DNA of 64,000 nucleotides from Candidatus Latescibacterota bacterium. GTDB lineage: Bacteria > Latescibacterota > UBA2968 > UBA8231. Below are positions 18,046 to 27,721 of this stretch, piece by piece. Numbering within the stretch: the first letter of the stretch is position 1; each line of letters starts with the position of its first letter. The notes beneath the pieces are model-generated. The model saw only the letters and a list, made by a program, of their open reading frames with translations, made no database searches and was not told where the DNA came from. Location: contig OZ244561.1 of NCBI GenBank assembly GCA_965217585.1, positions 1,152,001 through 1,216,000 of the forward strand. Direction: 5' to 3'. The position numbers and the translations under genes were made by a program.

Positions 18046-20691
18046 GTGAGACGTCGAATCTCCACACTACTAATTTGTCTATTCGCTTGGACGCCGCCGC
18101 AAGAGGCCAGCGCCCAACGCGCCACTGGGTACGACAATCCCTATTACACCACAGGCGCTGAAGTCTCTCCGGCGACCCTCGTGCCCTCGGTGCGCAAGTG
18201 GTATCTGCCGCAGCGGCTGTACTCGCTGTACGACTGGCGGCAAGAGCAATACTCCAACTACGCCCGCGACCACTACGAGCGCTACACCGATGTCTTTTTG
18301 GAAGGCTCGCCGTTCTACGACGTGTACGGCGATTACATCACCCAAGGCTGGCTGGTGTACGACTGGACCGAAGACTACCCAGAAGACAACGGCAGCATCA
18401 TTACCAAAAATCCGCGCTTTCGTTCGTGGTTCAACAACCTGCTCGTATCGTCGAGCCATTCCGGGGAGTTCTACTCGGCCCTGATGGTCGGCGACGGCAT
18501 CCGCACGGCCCTGACCCCCCTGACGTTTTCCAAGCCGCGCTTCGACGGCATTCAGTGGGACCTTATAACCGACAAGTACGCCCTGACCATGCTATCGTCG
18601 CGGGTCAGCAACACTGGCGAAATTTCCTCCAGTGAAGTCGGGGGTGGCGTCCAGGCCAATACCTTCACCACCCTGATGGCCGCTAGGGGACGGGTGCAGG
18701 TCGGGGATTTTGCCGCCCTCGGCGCGACCTTTGTCAATGCGGCGCATCGCAACTCCAACCTGCCGTTTGGCGACAACTCGCTCAGCGGCTTGCTCAGCGG
18801 CCCAATGAACTCGGACTTTGTGCGCTCCATCGTCGTGCGCATTTCCGACGATTCGCCCGAAGACGGCGAGGGTGGCGCGCTGCTGTCGCGCTGGCGCATC
18901 TTCATCGATGGCGTCGAGCACACCGGAGACATCGTCCCCGTGGTCGAAGGCGGCATTCGCCGCGGCGGCGCGATTGTGGCCAGCGGCACGGATGTCATCA
19001 CCCTGACCTATAACATCGAAGACTTCTCCCCGAGTACAGAAGACGCCATCGACGATTTCCGCGAGATCAAGCGCATTGAAATCGGCCTCGTACTGGCCAA
19101 CGACTACAAGGTCGAAGTAACCTCCAACAAGCAAACCAACAACCTCGGCACGCCCGTATTCCTGCCGGTGTTGCGCGCAGCCGGCAACGTCAAGGATGGC
19201 TCGAATCAGGCATTTCACCGGTTCAGCTACGGCCTGCCGACCGGGACCCGCATGTTGGGCTTCGACCTCGCCATTGCCGACCTGCAAGGCTTTGACTTCC
19301 GGGGCGAGTTCGTCCGCAACTTTCAGTACCGCCGCTTTCCCAACGAGAACGTGGCCAAGAATCAGACGCTGGCCACCAACGAGGCCCAAGCCCTGTACGC
19401 GACCGCGCAGAAACGCAACTATCCCTATACGTTTTTCGCCGAGGTTTTCAGCATCGACTCAGATTACTCCACCCGCGCCTTTATGCCCAACGCCGAGGGA
19501 CACGTGTATTACGACAACGAGCAGCGGCACCTGTACGAATTCGTCGATGACAACGACGATCAGGACGAGCTGCCGGACTGGCCGCGGCGCACGTTCGGCA
19601 GCCGCGTCAACACTCGGCAGGGGCAGAATCTGCTGACCGACGCCGCGGTCTTCCCGGGCATTGACGAGAACAACGACGACATTTCGGATTTCAACCGGAA
19701 CTTCAACACCCAGCCCGACTACGCGGAGCCGTTTCTGCGCTTTGAGGTGGACCCGCCGGAATTTTTGTTTGGCATGGACATGAACAGCAACGGCGTCATC
19801 GACCGCTTCGAGGACGACGGGGAAGCCGATTACCCCTACAAGCTGGGCCGCCGGGGACTCAACACCTATGCAGCCGTCGAAATCCTGCCCCGCACGACCG
19901 TCATGGTTGGCTATCTCGACCAGCGACTGCTAGATACGGCCCGGGAAAACCAAGCTGCCTACCTGCTGCTGACCGCGAAAAAGGAATTTCCCGCAAAGGA
20001 TTTCAGCGCGTGGCTGATTGCCAATCCGCGCAAGGTCCGAGACGACATTCCCGACGATGTGCTGTTGTGGCGCGACCTGCCCGGCACGCGCGGCCGTTCG
20101 GTCTTCACCCGCGACCTTCTGCCAGCACGCGACGCCTTCGTCAATACCACGTACCTCGAAGTACACTACGACCGCTACCTGCCATTGACGGCCAAGGTCA
20201 AACACGAATTCTATCAGCAATTGGGGAATCAGCAAGACGAGTTGCGCGACCAGAGCTTCTTGGGCATCGTCGTCAAAGGCGAGTACTCCACCCACATTCG
20301 CGGCTGGACTATGGTGCCCAAGTGGAAACAGCTTTACAACAACGAGGTGCCGGCGCAGCGCAGCGCGCTCAAAATACGCGAGCTAACGGAAATTTTCTCG
20401 CTGCAAGCCGTGCGCCGCATCAACCGCAACATGCGCTTCATCGCCGGGGCCGAGTGCGAGCTGTTCAACAATCTCCGCCCCAAGCCAGACCCCCTGCCCT
20501 CGGGCTACCTCCTCGACGGCACCACGTGGGTACTCGCCGGCCAAGTCGCCAACGACTCCGCGTACTTGGGCTATGCCCTGACGGCCAATGTCGGCGCGCG
20601 CTGGATCCGCAACAACCTCGACGGGTCGCCGGCTTCGTCCGAGCTGCTTTCCTTCATCACGGTGTACGCGGGCTTGGGCACGGAACGCTAG
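18046..20691 (+). CDS. Large exported hypothetical protein, probable outer-membrane protein with Ca-binding-like Asp motifs
   Basis: GTG start after GAGGGAG; signal peptide; DDNDDQDE, DENNDDISD and DMNSNGVID motifs; alternating beta-strand-like C-terminal half. Confidence 0.7.
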   Translation: MRRRISTLLICLFAWTPPQEASAQRATGYDNPYYTTGAEVSPATLVPSVRKWYLPQRLYSLYDWRQEQYSNYARDHYERYTDVFLEGSPFYDVYGDYITQGWLVYDWTEDYPEDNGSIITKNPRFRSWFNNLLVSSSHSGEFYSALMVGDGIRTALTPLTFSKPRFDGIQWDLITDKYALTMLSSRVSNTGEISSSEVGGGVQANTFTTLMAARGRVQVGDFAALGATFVNAAHRNSNLPFGDNSLSGLLSGPMNSDFVRSIVVRISDDSPEDGEGGALLSRWRIFIDGVEHTGDIVPVVEGGIRRGGAIVASGTDVITLTYNIEDFSPSTEDAIDDFREIKRIEIGLVLANDYKVEVTSNKQTNNLGTPVFLPVLRAAGNVKDGSNQAFHRFSYGLPTGTRMLGFDLAIADLQGFDFRGEFVRNFQYRRFPNENVAKNQTLATNEAQALYATAQKRNYPYTFFAEVFSIDSDYSTRAFMPNAEGHVYYDNEQRHLYEFVDDNDDQDELPDWPRRTFGSRVNTRQGQNLLTDAAVFPGIDENNDDISDFNRNFNTQPDYAEPFLRFEVDPPEFLFGMDMNSNGVIDRFEDDGEADYPYKLGRRGLNTYAAVEILPRTTVMVGYLDQRLLDTARENQAAYLLLTAKKEFPAKDFSAWLIANPRKVRDDIPDDVLLWRDLPGTRGRSVFTRDLLPARDAFVNTTYLEVHYDRYLPLTAKVKHEFYQQLGNQQDELRDQSFLGIVVKGEYSTHIRGWTMVPKWKQLYNNEVPAQRSALKIRELTEIFSLQAVRRINRNMRFIAGAECELFNNLRPKPDPLPSGYLLDGTTWVLAGQVANDSAYLGYALTANVGARWIRNNLDGSPASSELLSFITVYAGLGTER

Positions 20692-20730
20692 GTTCGATTT
20701 CACCTGTGGTTTAAGAAAGGAGTATGGATC

Positions 20731-21723
20731 ATGGGCAACTCGGGTAACAACCTCCTTATAGGGTTTCTGGTCTTCAGCGTTTTGTTTTTTGCGGTGGCAT
20801 TGCTCGTGGGGCATGACGACGTGGACGGTGCGGACAGTTTGGCTACATCCGCTTCAGGCACGGCGCGCGGGGACCGTCTCACCCTCGAGAGTCGGCAGTT
20901 GCGGCTCGTGTCGACGGTGTGGTCGCCGTTCACCAACGCGCCAGGACAGCCGCGGTTCGCCCTCAATCTGGTCGGCGAGGCGCTCCGACGCGTGGGGATC
21001 ATCGCCGAAACGGTCATCGTGGACGAGGCCAAGTTTACTTCCTCACTGCTGAGCGGCGAGTTCGACGGGAGCGCGGCCGTGTGGAAGTACGCGGAGCGCG
21101 AACCCGTGCTGATTTACTCGCAGCCGTATGTCTGGAACCGGTTGATCCTCGTCGGGCGGCAGGGCAGCGACGTGTCCGCGACCTCGCTGGCCGACCTCGC
21201 CGGCAAACGGATCGCCCTAGTCGCCGGGTACGTGTATGGCGAGGAAGTCGAGACAACGGACGGGCTGCTCATCGTTGGCTCGACCGGCGAAGAGGACAGC
21301 GTCGCAAAACTCCTCAACGGTGAGGTGGACTACACGCTGATGGACGACTTGGTCGTCCAGTACATCCTCAGCAACTACGAAGAAGAAGCTCAAACGCGGC
21401 TGGCGTTCGGCTCGACGCCGCTGCTCACACGCTCGCTTCACCTCGCAATCCGCCGGTCGCTTCCAGACGCCGAGTCGATCATCTCGCGGTTCAACGCCGA
21501 GCTGCGCGGCATGATCGCCGACCGCACCTACCATCGCCTGTTCCACCTCGAATGGATTCAAGCGGACGTCGATGGCGACGGTCGCAGCGAGCAGGTCCCT
21601 TACAACGACCAAGTCGGCCCGCGCCCGCCGGAGCATTCCTACAAGCTCTCCGCGACGGGCAGTCCGACCGCGAGGCCCGGCACGACGCAGCGTTTCTACT
21701 TCATTCGAGCAACCCAAGGCTGA
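20731..21723 (+). CDS. Substrate-binding protein (family 3 / PBP2) with an N-terminal leader shared with the SdiA-regulated genes
   Basis: STVWSPF, DLAGKRIALVAGYVYG, KLLNGEVDY and RFNAELRGMIADRTY motifs. Confidence 0.8.
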   Translation: MGNSGNNLLIGFLVFSVLFFAVALLVGHDDVDGADSLATSASGTARGDRLTLESRQLRLVSTVWSPFTNAPGQPRFALNLVGEALRRVGIIAETVIVDEAKFTSSLLSGEFDGSAAVWKYAEREPVLIYSQPYVWNRLILVGRQGSDVSATSLADLAGKRIALVAGYVYGEEVETTDGLLIVGSTGEEDSVAKLLNGEVDYTLMDDLVVQYILSNYEEEAQTRLAFGSTPLLTRSLHLAIRRSLPDAESIISRFNAELRGMIADRTYHRLFHLEWIQADVDGDGRSEQVPYNDQVGPRPPEHSYKLSATGSPTARPGTTQRFYFIRATQG

Positions 21724-21739
21724 TGCGGGACTGACCCAG

Positions 21740-22462
21740 ATGTTTGTGCCAGTGTCGATGTCCCTGCTGTTTTCGTTTCTCTTCGCCCTGCCCGTGACCT
21801 GGGTGTATCGCTGGACTCGGCCCCGCAAGAAATACAGCCAGGCCTTTGCCCAGACCCTCCTCGTCGTGCCCATTGCGATTGCCCTCGTCGTGTTTCTCGT
21901 CAAGGACAGTGTCGCCCTCGCCTTCAGTCTCGCGGGCATTGTCGCTGCGGTTCGCTTTCGCACGTCGTTGAACGAACCCATGGATGCCACCTATATGTTC
22001 ATCGTCATTGGCATCGGGTTGGCGGCCGGTATCCAGTACGGTTCAGTGGCGATCCTGGCATCGGTGGCTTTCAATACCGTTGCACTTGGCGTCTGGCGCA
22101 TGAACTGGGGAGCAGAGCCTGCGGTCCTATCCGGGTTCAAGTTGGTGCGTTCGGCCAAGGAGGGGTCGTTGACCGGTGTGAGCGGCGCACAGGCGGGTAA
22201 AGCTCCCAAACCGTATAATGCCAGGCTCAGGGTACACACGACGCAGATCAAGGCGGCGCAGCAGGCCGCTGTTGCGCTCCTGCCGACCTATGCCAAGCGC
22301 TGGCAGCAGGTGCGGACTGTAAAACAGAAAGACGGCACTGCGATAGTCGAGTTTGACGTTCGGCTGAAGAAAAAAACGGATCCGGCCGCTTTCACCGCAG
22401 CGCTTGAAAAAAGCGCTGAGGGGCATACCCGCAAAGTGGAGTTGGAAGGTATGGGTAAATGA
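21740..22462 (+). CDS. DUF4956 family membrane protein, copy 1 (N-terminally shortened)
   Basis: VKDSVALAFSLAGIVAAVRFRTSL...DATYMFIVIGIGLAAG; lacks the ~100-aa N-terminus of copy 2. Confidence 0.8.
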   Translation: MFVPVSMSLLFSFLFALPVTWVYRWTRPRKKYSQAFAQTLLVVPIAIALVVFLVKDSVALAFSLAGIVAAVRFRTSLNEPMDATYMFIVIGIGLAAGIQYGSVAILASVAFNTVALGVWRMNWGAEPAVLSGFKLVRSAKEGSLTGVSGAQAGKAPKPYNARLRVHTTQIKAAQQAAVALLPTYAKRWQQVRTVKQKDGTAIVEFDVRLKKKTDPAAFTAALEKSAEGHTRKVELEGMGK

Positions 22463-23475
22463 GCAGCCGGGGTAACAACTTCCTGATAGGGTTTCTGGTC
22501 TTCAGCGTTCTGCTTTTTGCGGTGGCATTGCTCGTGCGGCAGGACGCGGCGATCGATTCCGACGTGGACGTGCAGCATCATAGCACAGCAGGGATCGCAC
22601 ATGCGAAGGAGGACGAGGCAATCGATTCCAACGTGGATGCCGCGGACAGTTTGGCATCCACATCCGCTTCAGGCACGGCGCGCGGGGACCATCTCACTCT
22701 CGCGAGTTACGACCTCGAAAAGCCGGCGCGGTATTTCAAGCTGCCGAAGCGGTTGCGGGAGATTTCCGGCTTGGCCATGCTCGCCGAGAACCGACTCCTC
22801 GCGCACGATGACGAAAGGGGCGTGGTAGTAGAGATCGATTATCGCGATGGTTCGATTGTAAAGGCATTCGCACTCGGCGGTCGGCGCGGTCCGGTCGCCG
22901 ACGACTTCGAGGGCATCGCCGCGGCTGCCGGTCGCATATACCTTGTCTCGAGCTCAGGACGGTTGTACGAGTTTGGCGAAGGTGCCGACGGGGAGGCCGT
23001 TCTCTACAATCTGTATGCAACCGGCATTGGACGAGATTACGAAATAGAGGGACTCGCCTACGACCCGGACCAACGAGTGCTGTTGCTCGTCAGCAAAAAC
23101 CCCAAAAACCCCGGGCAGGCGGGCCTGATAGCGATATATCGCTGGTCCGTCGATACCAAACAGCTCGTCGAGGATGGCCGTATCCTCCTAGAGGCCTCCG
23201 CGCTGGCGCGCCGCATTGGCAGCAAACGATTCCAACCTTCGGGCATCGAGCGGCACCCGGTATCGGGAAACTACTTTCTCGTGGCTGCCCGCCAGCGCGC
23301 CGTTGCCGAGATTACCCCACAGGGACAGATTCTCGCCGTAGCCGAACTGGCACCCGGTCGGCATCCGCAGGCCGAGGGCATTTCCTTTGCTTCCGACAAT
23401 ACCTTGATCATAGCCGACGAAGGGGCGGGGAAGCGCGCACGCCTGAGCTTCTACCCCGTTGCAAAGGGCCGCTAG
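22459..23475 (+). CDS. SdiA-regulated (YjiK-like) beta-propeller protein, copy 1
   Basis: LREISGL, AHDDERG, DDFEGIA, IEGLAYD, FQPSGI, HPQAEGI and IIADEG motifs. Confidence 0.85.
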   Translation: MSSRGNNFLIGFLVFSVLLFAVALLVRQDAAIDSDVDVQHHSTAGIAHAKEDEAIDSNVDAADSLASTSASGTARGDHLTLASYDLEKPARYFKLPKRLREISGLAMLAENRLLAHDDERGVVVEIDYRDGSIVKAFALGGRRGPVADDFEGIAAAAGRIYLVSSSGRLYEFGEGADGEAVLYNLYATGIGRDYEIEGLAYDPDQRVLLLVSKNPKNPGQAGLIAIYRWSVDTKQLVEDGRILLEASALARRIGSKRFQPSGIERHPVSGNYFLVAARQRAVAEITPQGQILAVAELAPGRHPQAEGISFASDNTLIIADEGAGKRARLSFYPVAKGR

Positions 23476-23558
23476 CGGCGCGCAAAAGAGCGACAATCTG
23501 CCGGCGCATTGGATGGGCAGGACGTACAGTTGACAACCCCAAAAGCGAAGGAGTTTCC

Positions 23559-26270
23559 ATGATGACGCCTCCGAAGCGGCGCGCCATGTTTCTCCCGTTG
23601 GTGCTCGTTCTTTCCGTTCCGGCGGCATCGGCGTCCCAGGAAGACCCACCGGCTCCCGGGTCCATGATCCGCCGCTCCATTCCGCCTCCGGGCGCGACGA
23701 CCCACCTGGTGATTCCCGGGGAGCGGTTCCGGACCTCCTCGTTTCGGCGCTGGTTCTACGGCAGCAACTACCGCGACCTCTGGACCACGCCGGTCGAGGT
23801 TCAGGTCCTTGACCTCGATCGGGTGGGAGGGGGCCTGACGCCGCTTCGCACCGGCGGCTTCGGACAGTCCATCTCGCTCCACTTCACCGGGCAGGATGGC
23901 CGCCGCTATACGGTCCGTTCGCTAGACAAGGACGCCACCCGACGGGTACCGGACATCGTCAGGAAAACGGTCGTGGGCGAAGTCCTTCAGGACCTGATCA
24001 GCGCGATGCTGCCCACCGGGGCGCTCGTGGTCGATCCCCTGATGGAAGCTACCGGCATCCTCCATTCCAGGCACGCGCTGGTTGTGATTCCGGATGATCC
24101 CCGGCTCGGAGAGTACCGCGCTTCCTTTGCGGGCTTGATAGGACTGTTGCAGGAGCATCCTTCCGAAGGCCCGGACGATACCGCCGGCTTCGCCGATTCC
24201 CGGAAGGTGAGCGGAACCGACAAGCTGTGGGACGACCTCGAAGACGGCCCCTGTGACCGTGTCGATGCCCGAGCCTTTCTCAAGGCGCGACTCATGGACT
24301 TTCTCATCGGCGACAAGGACCGTCATCACGGCCAGTGGCGATGGGCGCGGTTCCCCGACGGGGATTGCCATACCTGGCTCCCGATACCCGAGGATCGCGA
24401 CCAAGCCTTCATTGATTTCGACGGGTTTGCGATGGCGTTAGCGCGCCGAGCGATACCTATCCAGATCCGGTTCGAGGACAGCTATCCAAATCTGGTTGGC
24501 CTGACCATGACCGGTTGGGAGTTGGATCGCGAGTTCCTGGCCGAACTCGACCGGACGGCGTGGGATGCGGTGGTAGCGGAATTTCGTGAGGACCTGCCGG
24601 ATCCCGTCATCGAAGATGCAGTCCGCCGCCTCCCCCTGCCGTACTACGAAGGCGTCGGCGAAGCTCTTGCCAAGACCCTCAAGTCGCGGCGCGACGCGCT
24701 GCCTGATTTTGCCGACCGATACTACGAGTTGATCACTCGCCAGGCCGAAATCCGGGCGACCGACCGGGACGAGGACCTCCACTGCGAGCACCTGCAGAAC
24801 GGTGATCTCGTCGTCCGTATCGGTCTCGCCGAAGGACCCGGGGGAGAAAGAACGGCGCCCTGGTTCGAGCGGACGTTCCACGCCGAAGAAACGCGGGAGG
24901 TCCGCATAGCCCTCCGGGGGGGAGACGACAGCGCGGAGGTATCGGGGACGAACGGACGGATTTCCGTTCGCATCGATGGTGGCGGCGGGGATGACACCTT
25001 CGTCAACGCGTCCGGGGTTGGCGCTTCCAGAACGGCGTTCTACGACTCTCGCGGGAAGAATCGGTTTGTCGAGGGCAACGGAGCGCGAACCGACGAGCGT
25101 CCCTACCGACGCCCGCCCGCCACCCACACGCCCAATGCCAAGTACGCGCTGGATTGGGGCATGCAGGCGTCAACCATCCCGATCGTCGAGGTGGATCGGG
25201 ATCTGGGTGCGTTCCTCAGCATGTCTCACAGCCGGCAGTATTTCGGCTATCGCCGAGACCCGTTCGCTGCACGGCATTCCTTCAGCCTCGGGTTCGCCAG
25301 CAGCGGTCTCAAGCCCATTGCCTCCTATAGCGGCACCTTTCGCCGCCTTCTCCGCGATCTCGACGCCACCGTTCACCTCGAGTACTCCGGTGTCGAGACG
25401 GTCCGTTTCACCGGCTTCGGTAACGACACGCAGCTTCTGGGTTCGTCCGACTTCTACAAGGTGGAACAGAAAATCTTTGTTTTCTCGCCCGCCATCGAGT
25501 TTCGCAGGGAACAGCGTCATGGAGAGGCGCACGCTGGGGGGACAAAACCACGGCGCTCGGAAACAGCGATCAGTCTGGGGCCCATCGTCAAGTACTCCAG
25601 CACGCCACTGGCTGCCAACCAGGACAAATACATCGCTTCTCTGGATCACCCGGTGTACGGCATGGGTTCCTTCGGCCAGGTAGGAGCGCAGGGACGGGTC
25701 GAGTACGACACCCGCAACAATCCGGCGTACCCCACGAGCGGTCTCCTGGTCCGAGGCACCGGAGCCATCTACCCCGGCACCTGGGATGCAAAGTCGGCCT
25801 TTGGCACCGCAGAGGGAGCGGTGCATGCCTACCTGACGGCTCGTATTCCGACCACCCCCACCCTGGCCCTGAGAGCGGGCGGGAAGAAGGTATGGGGGAC
25901 CTTCCCCTTCCACGAGAGCGCCTTCCTCGGCGGGCCCGGCTTTGCCGGTGTCGGCACCTCTGGCGGTCAGGTCCGCGGTGTTCGCAAGGACCGGTTTGCG
26001 GGAGACGCCTCGGTGTATGCAAATGCCGAACTGCGCTTCGCGGTTGCCGCCTTCCGGCTCTTGATGCCGGGAGAGTTCGGCGTGTTTCTTGGCGCTGATA
26101 CCGGCCGGGTATTCTTCGCCGGGGACCGGGCCGACGTCGGCAAATGGCACACCGGCGTCGGGGGTGGATTCTGGCTGTCGTTCCTCCAACGCCGACAGTC
26201 CGTGAGCGTTGCGGTCATGGAGGGCGCTGAAATGACGGGACTGTACGTGCGCGCCGGTTTCCTGTTCTAG
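23559..26270 (+). CDS. Omp85 (BamA/TamA-type barrel) protein with N-terminal atypical kinase-like domain, copy 1
   Basis: GGFGQSISL, DFLIGDKDRHHGQWRW and PEDRDQAF motifs; C-terminal VRGVRKDRFAGD...GVGGGFW...RAGFLF. Confidence 0.85.
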   Translation: MMTPPKRRAMFLPLVLVLSVPAASASQEDPPAPGSMIRRSIPPPGATTHLVIPGERFRTSSFRRWFYGSNYRDLWTTPVEVQVLDLDRVGGGLTPLRTGGFGQSISLHFTGQDGRRYTVRSLDKDATRRVPDIVRKTVVGEVLQDLISAMLPTGALVVDPLMEATGILHSRHALVVIPDDPRLGEYRASFAGLIGLLQEHPSEGPDDTAGFADSRKVSGTDKLWDDLEDGPCDRVDARAFLKARLMDFLIGDKDRHHGQWRWARFPDGDCHTWLPIPEDRDQAFIDFDGFAMALARRAIPIQIRFEDSYPNLVGLTMTGWELDREFLAELDRTAWDAVVAEFREDLPDPVIEDAVRRLPLPYYEGVGEALAKTLKSRRDALPDFADRYYELITRQAEIRATDRDEDLHCEHLQNGDLVVRIGLAEGPGGERTAPWFERTFHAEETREVRIALRGGDDSAEVSGTNGRISVRIDGGGGDDTFVNASGVGASRTAFYDSRGKNRFVEGNGARTDERPYRRPPATHTPNAKYALDWGMQASTIPIVEVDRDLGAFLSMSHSRQYFGYRRDPFAARHSFSLGFASSGLKPIASYSGTFRRLLRDLDATVHLEYSGVETVRFTGFGNDTQLLGSSDFYKVEQKIFVFSPAIEFRREQRHGEAHAGGTKPRRSETAISLGPIVKYSSTPLAANQDKYIASLDHPVYGMGSFGQVGAQGRVEYDTRNNPAYPTSGLLVRGTGAIYPGTWDAKSAFGTAEGAVHAYLTARIPTTPTLALRAGGKKVWGTFPFHESAFLGGPGFAGVGTSGGQVRGVRKDRFAGDASVYANAELRFAVAAFRLLMPGEFGVFLGADTGRVFFAGDRADVGKWHTGVGGGFWLSFLQRRQSVSVAVMEGAEMTGLYVRAGFLF

Positions 26271-26291
26271 CCGAGGGAAGCGGCGAGGCCC

Positions 26292-26453
26292 ATGTTCAAC
26301 AACAGCCTCGTGCGCCTCGCAGGGTATTACTTCGCGTGGTACCTCGGCCTGTGCCGCTACCGCATCAGCACCCTCAAGAGACAGGACGACAACAAGCAGA
26401 GCAATCGCCCGGCGACGCAGCCATGGACGGATGAAGCGCGCGATTCGGTTCAT
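26292..26453. pseudogene. Rearrangement scar: DUF4956 5' stub (+) fused head-to-head with an Omp85 signal-peptide stub (-)
   Basis: Plus strand MFNNSLVRLAGYYFA resembles LDNVIVRLVAYYIA of 26705; minus strand MNRIARFIRPWLRRRAIALLV..GADAVAAQA resembles the N-terminus of 29932-32595. Confidence 0.65.
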
Positions 26454-26594
26454 AAAATCGGATGCTCGTTTTTGCCCTGTTTTTGACGGGCGTGCTCATT
26501 CAGCGCGTCAAGGGCTTGTTCCCATACCCCGCGTTTAAGCTATAGTACAAACACAGCTCTTTTAACTCAACAGCTTCTAATTAATTGCACACAA

Positions 26595-26623
26595 TTGCGC
26601 TTCAATTTTTTGGTGTATATCTT
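26595..26623 (+). promoter_or_regulatory. Candidate sigma70 promoter TTGCGC-N17-TATCTT
   Basis: AT-rich intergenic region upstream of DUF4956 copy 2. Confidence 0.4.
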
Positions 26624-26704
26624 AGCCGACCGCGGAGCGTTCTGTTCGCATCTGTGATCCCGACGCGACCTGCATTGCGGAAACAGTGGTAAAAGGAACT
26701 GATA

Positions 26705-27721
26705 ATGCTCGACAAAATAACTGAGGGGCTCGACAAAATAACAGATAGGCTCGACAACGTAATCGTCCGTCTCGTGGCTTACTATATTGCCATATCCCTT
26801 TTTTTTGCGAGCATTTTGTTGTTGTTGCCAGACATCTCGATTTACATAACCAAGGGAGAGATGAGTTCCATATTAGCCATTTTGTCATCCCCGCAATTCG
26901 GGGCAGAGTTCGGGCGCTTACTGGAAGAGTCCAGGGTCTCCGGGGCCGATCCGAAGCTGGAACCGGAAGAGATCGAGCGCTTACTGGAAAAGTCCGGTGG
27001 CTTCCACCTCTCGACGTTCGTGCCGATTTCGATGGCACTGCTGTTTTCGTTTTTCTATGCCCTGCCCGTGACTTGGGTGTATCGCTGGACCCGGCCCCGC
27101 AAGAAATACAACCCAGACCTTGTCCATACCCTCCTCGTCGTGCCCATTGCGATTTCCCTCGTCGTTTTTCTCGTCAAGGACAGTATCGCGCTCGCCTTCA
27201 GTCTCGCGGGCATTGTCGCCGCAGTTCAGTTCCGCGCGACATTGAGGGACCCCCTAGATGCCACCTACATGTTCATCGTCATTGGCATCGGATTGTCGGC
27301 TGGTATCGGTATCGGTCAAGTGGCTATTTTGGCCTCGGTGGCTTTCAATGCCGTTGTTTTGGGCATCTGGCGCATGAACTACGGGGCGAAGCCTGCTGCC
27401 CTGTCCGGGTTCAGGCTGGTGCGTCCCGCCAAGTCGTTGCCCGGTGTGAGCGGCACCCAGGCGGGTAAAATCCCCAAATCGTATAATGCCAAGCTCAGGG
27501 TACATACGGCGCAGGTCGAGGCGGCACAGCAGGCCGCTGTTGCGCTCTTGGCGACCTATGCCAAGCGGTGGCGACAGGTGCGGATTGTGCAGCAGGAGGA
27601 CAGCACTGCGATCGTCGAATTTGACGTGCGGCTGAAGAAAACCGCAGATCCGGCCGCCTTCACTAGAGAGCTTGAAAAAAGTACAGAGGGCCATACCGTC
27701 AAAGTGGAGCTGGAATTATGA
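26705..27721 (+). CDS. DUF4956 family membrane protein, copy 2 (full length)
   Basis: VKDSIALAFSLAGIVAAVQFRATL...; clear paralogue of 21740-22462. Confidence 0.85.
   Translation: MLDKITEGLDKITDRLDNVIVRLVAYYIAISLFFASILLLLPDISIYITKGEMSSILAILSSPQFGAEFGRLLEESRVSGADPKLEPEEIERLLEKSGGFHLSTFVPISMALLFSFFYALPVTWVYRWTRPRKKYNPDLVHTLLVVPIAISLVVFLVKDSIALAFSLAGIVAAVQFRATLRDPLDATYMFIVIGIGLSAGIGIGQVAILASVAFNAVVLGIWRMNYGAKPAALSGFRLVRPAKSLPGVSGTQAGKIPKSYNAKLRVHTAQVEAAQQAAVALLATYAKRWRQVRIVQQEDSTAIVEFDVRLKKTADPAAFTRELEKSTEGHTVKVELEL

Noticed and set aside
25170-26345. 427-aa minus-strand ORF
   Set aside because: Antisense shadow of the Omp85 gene; only its first ~36 codons have a homologue.
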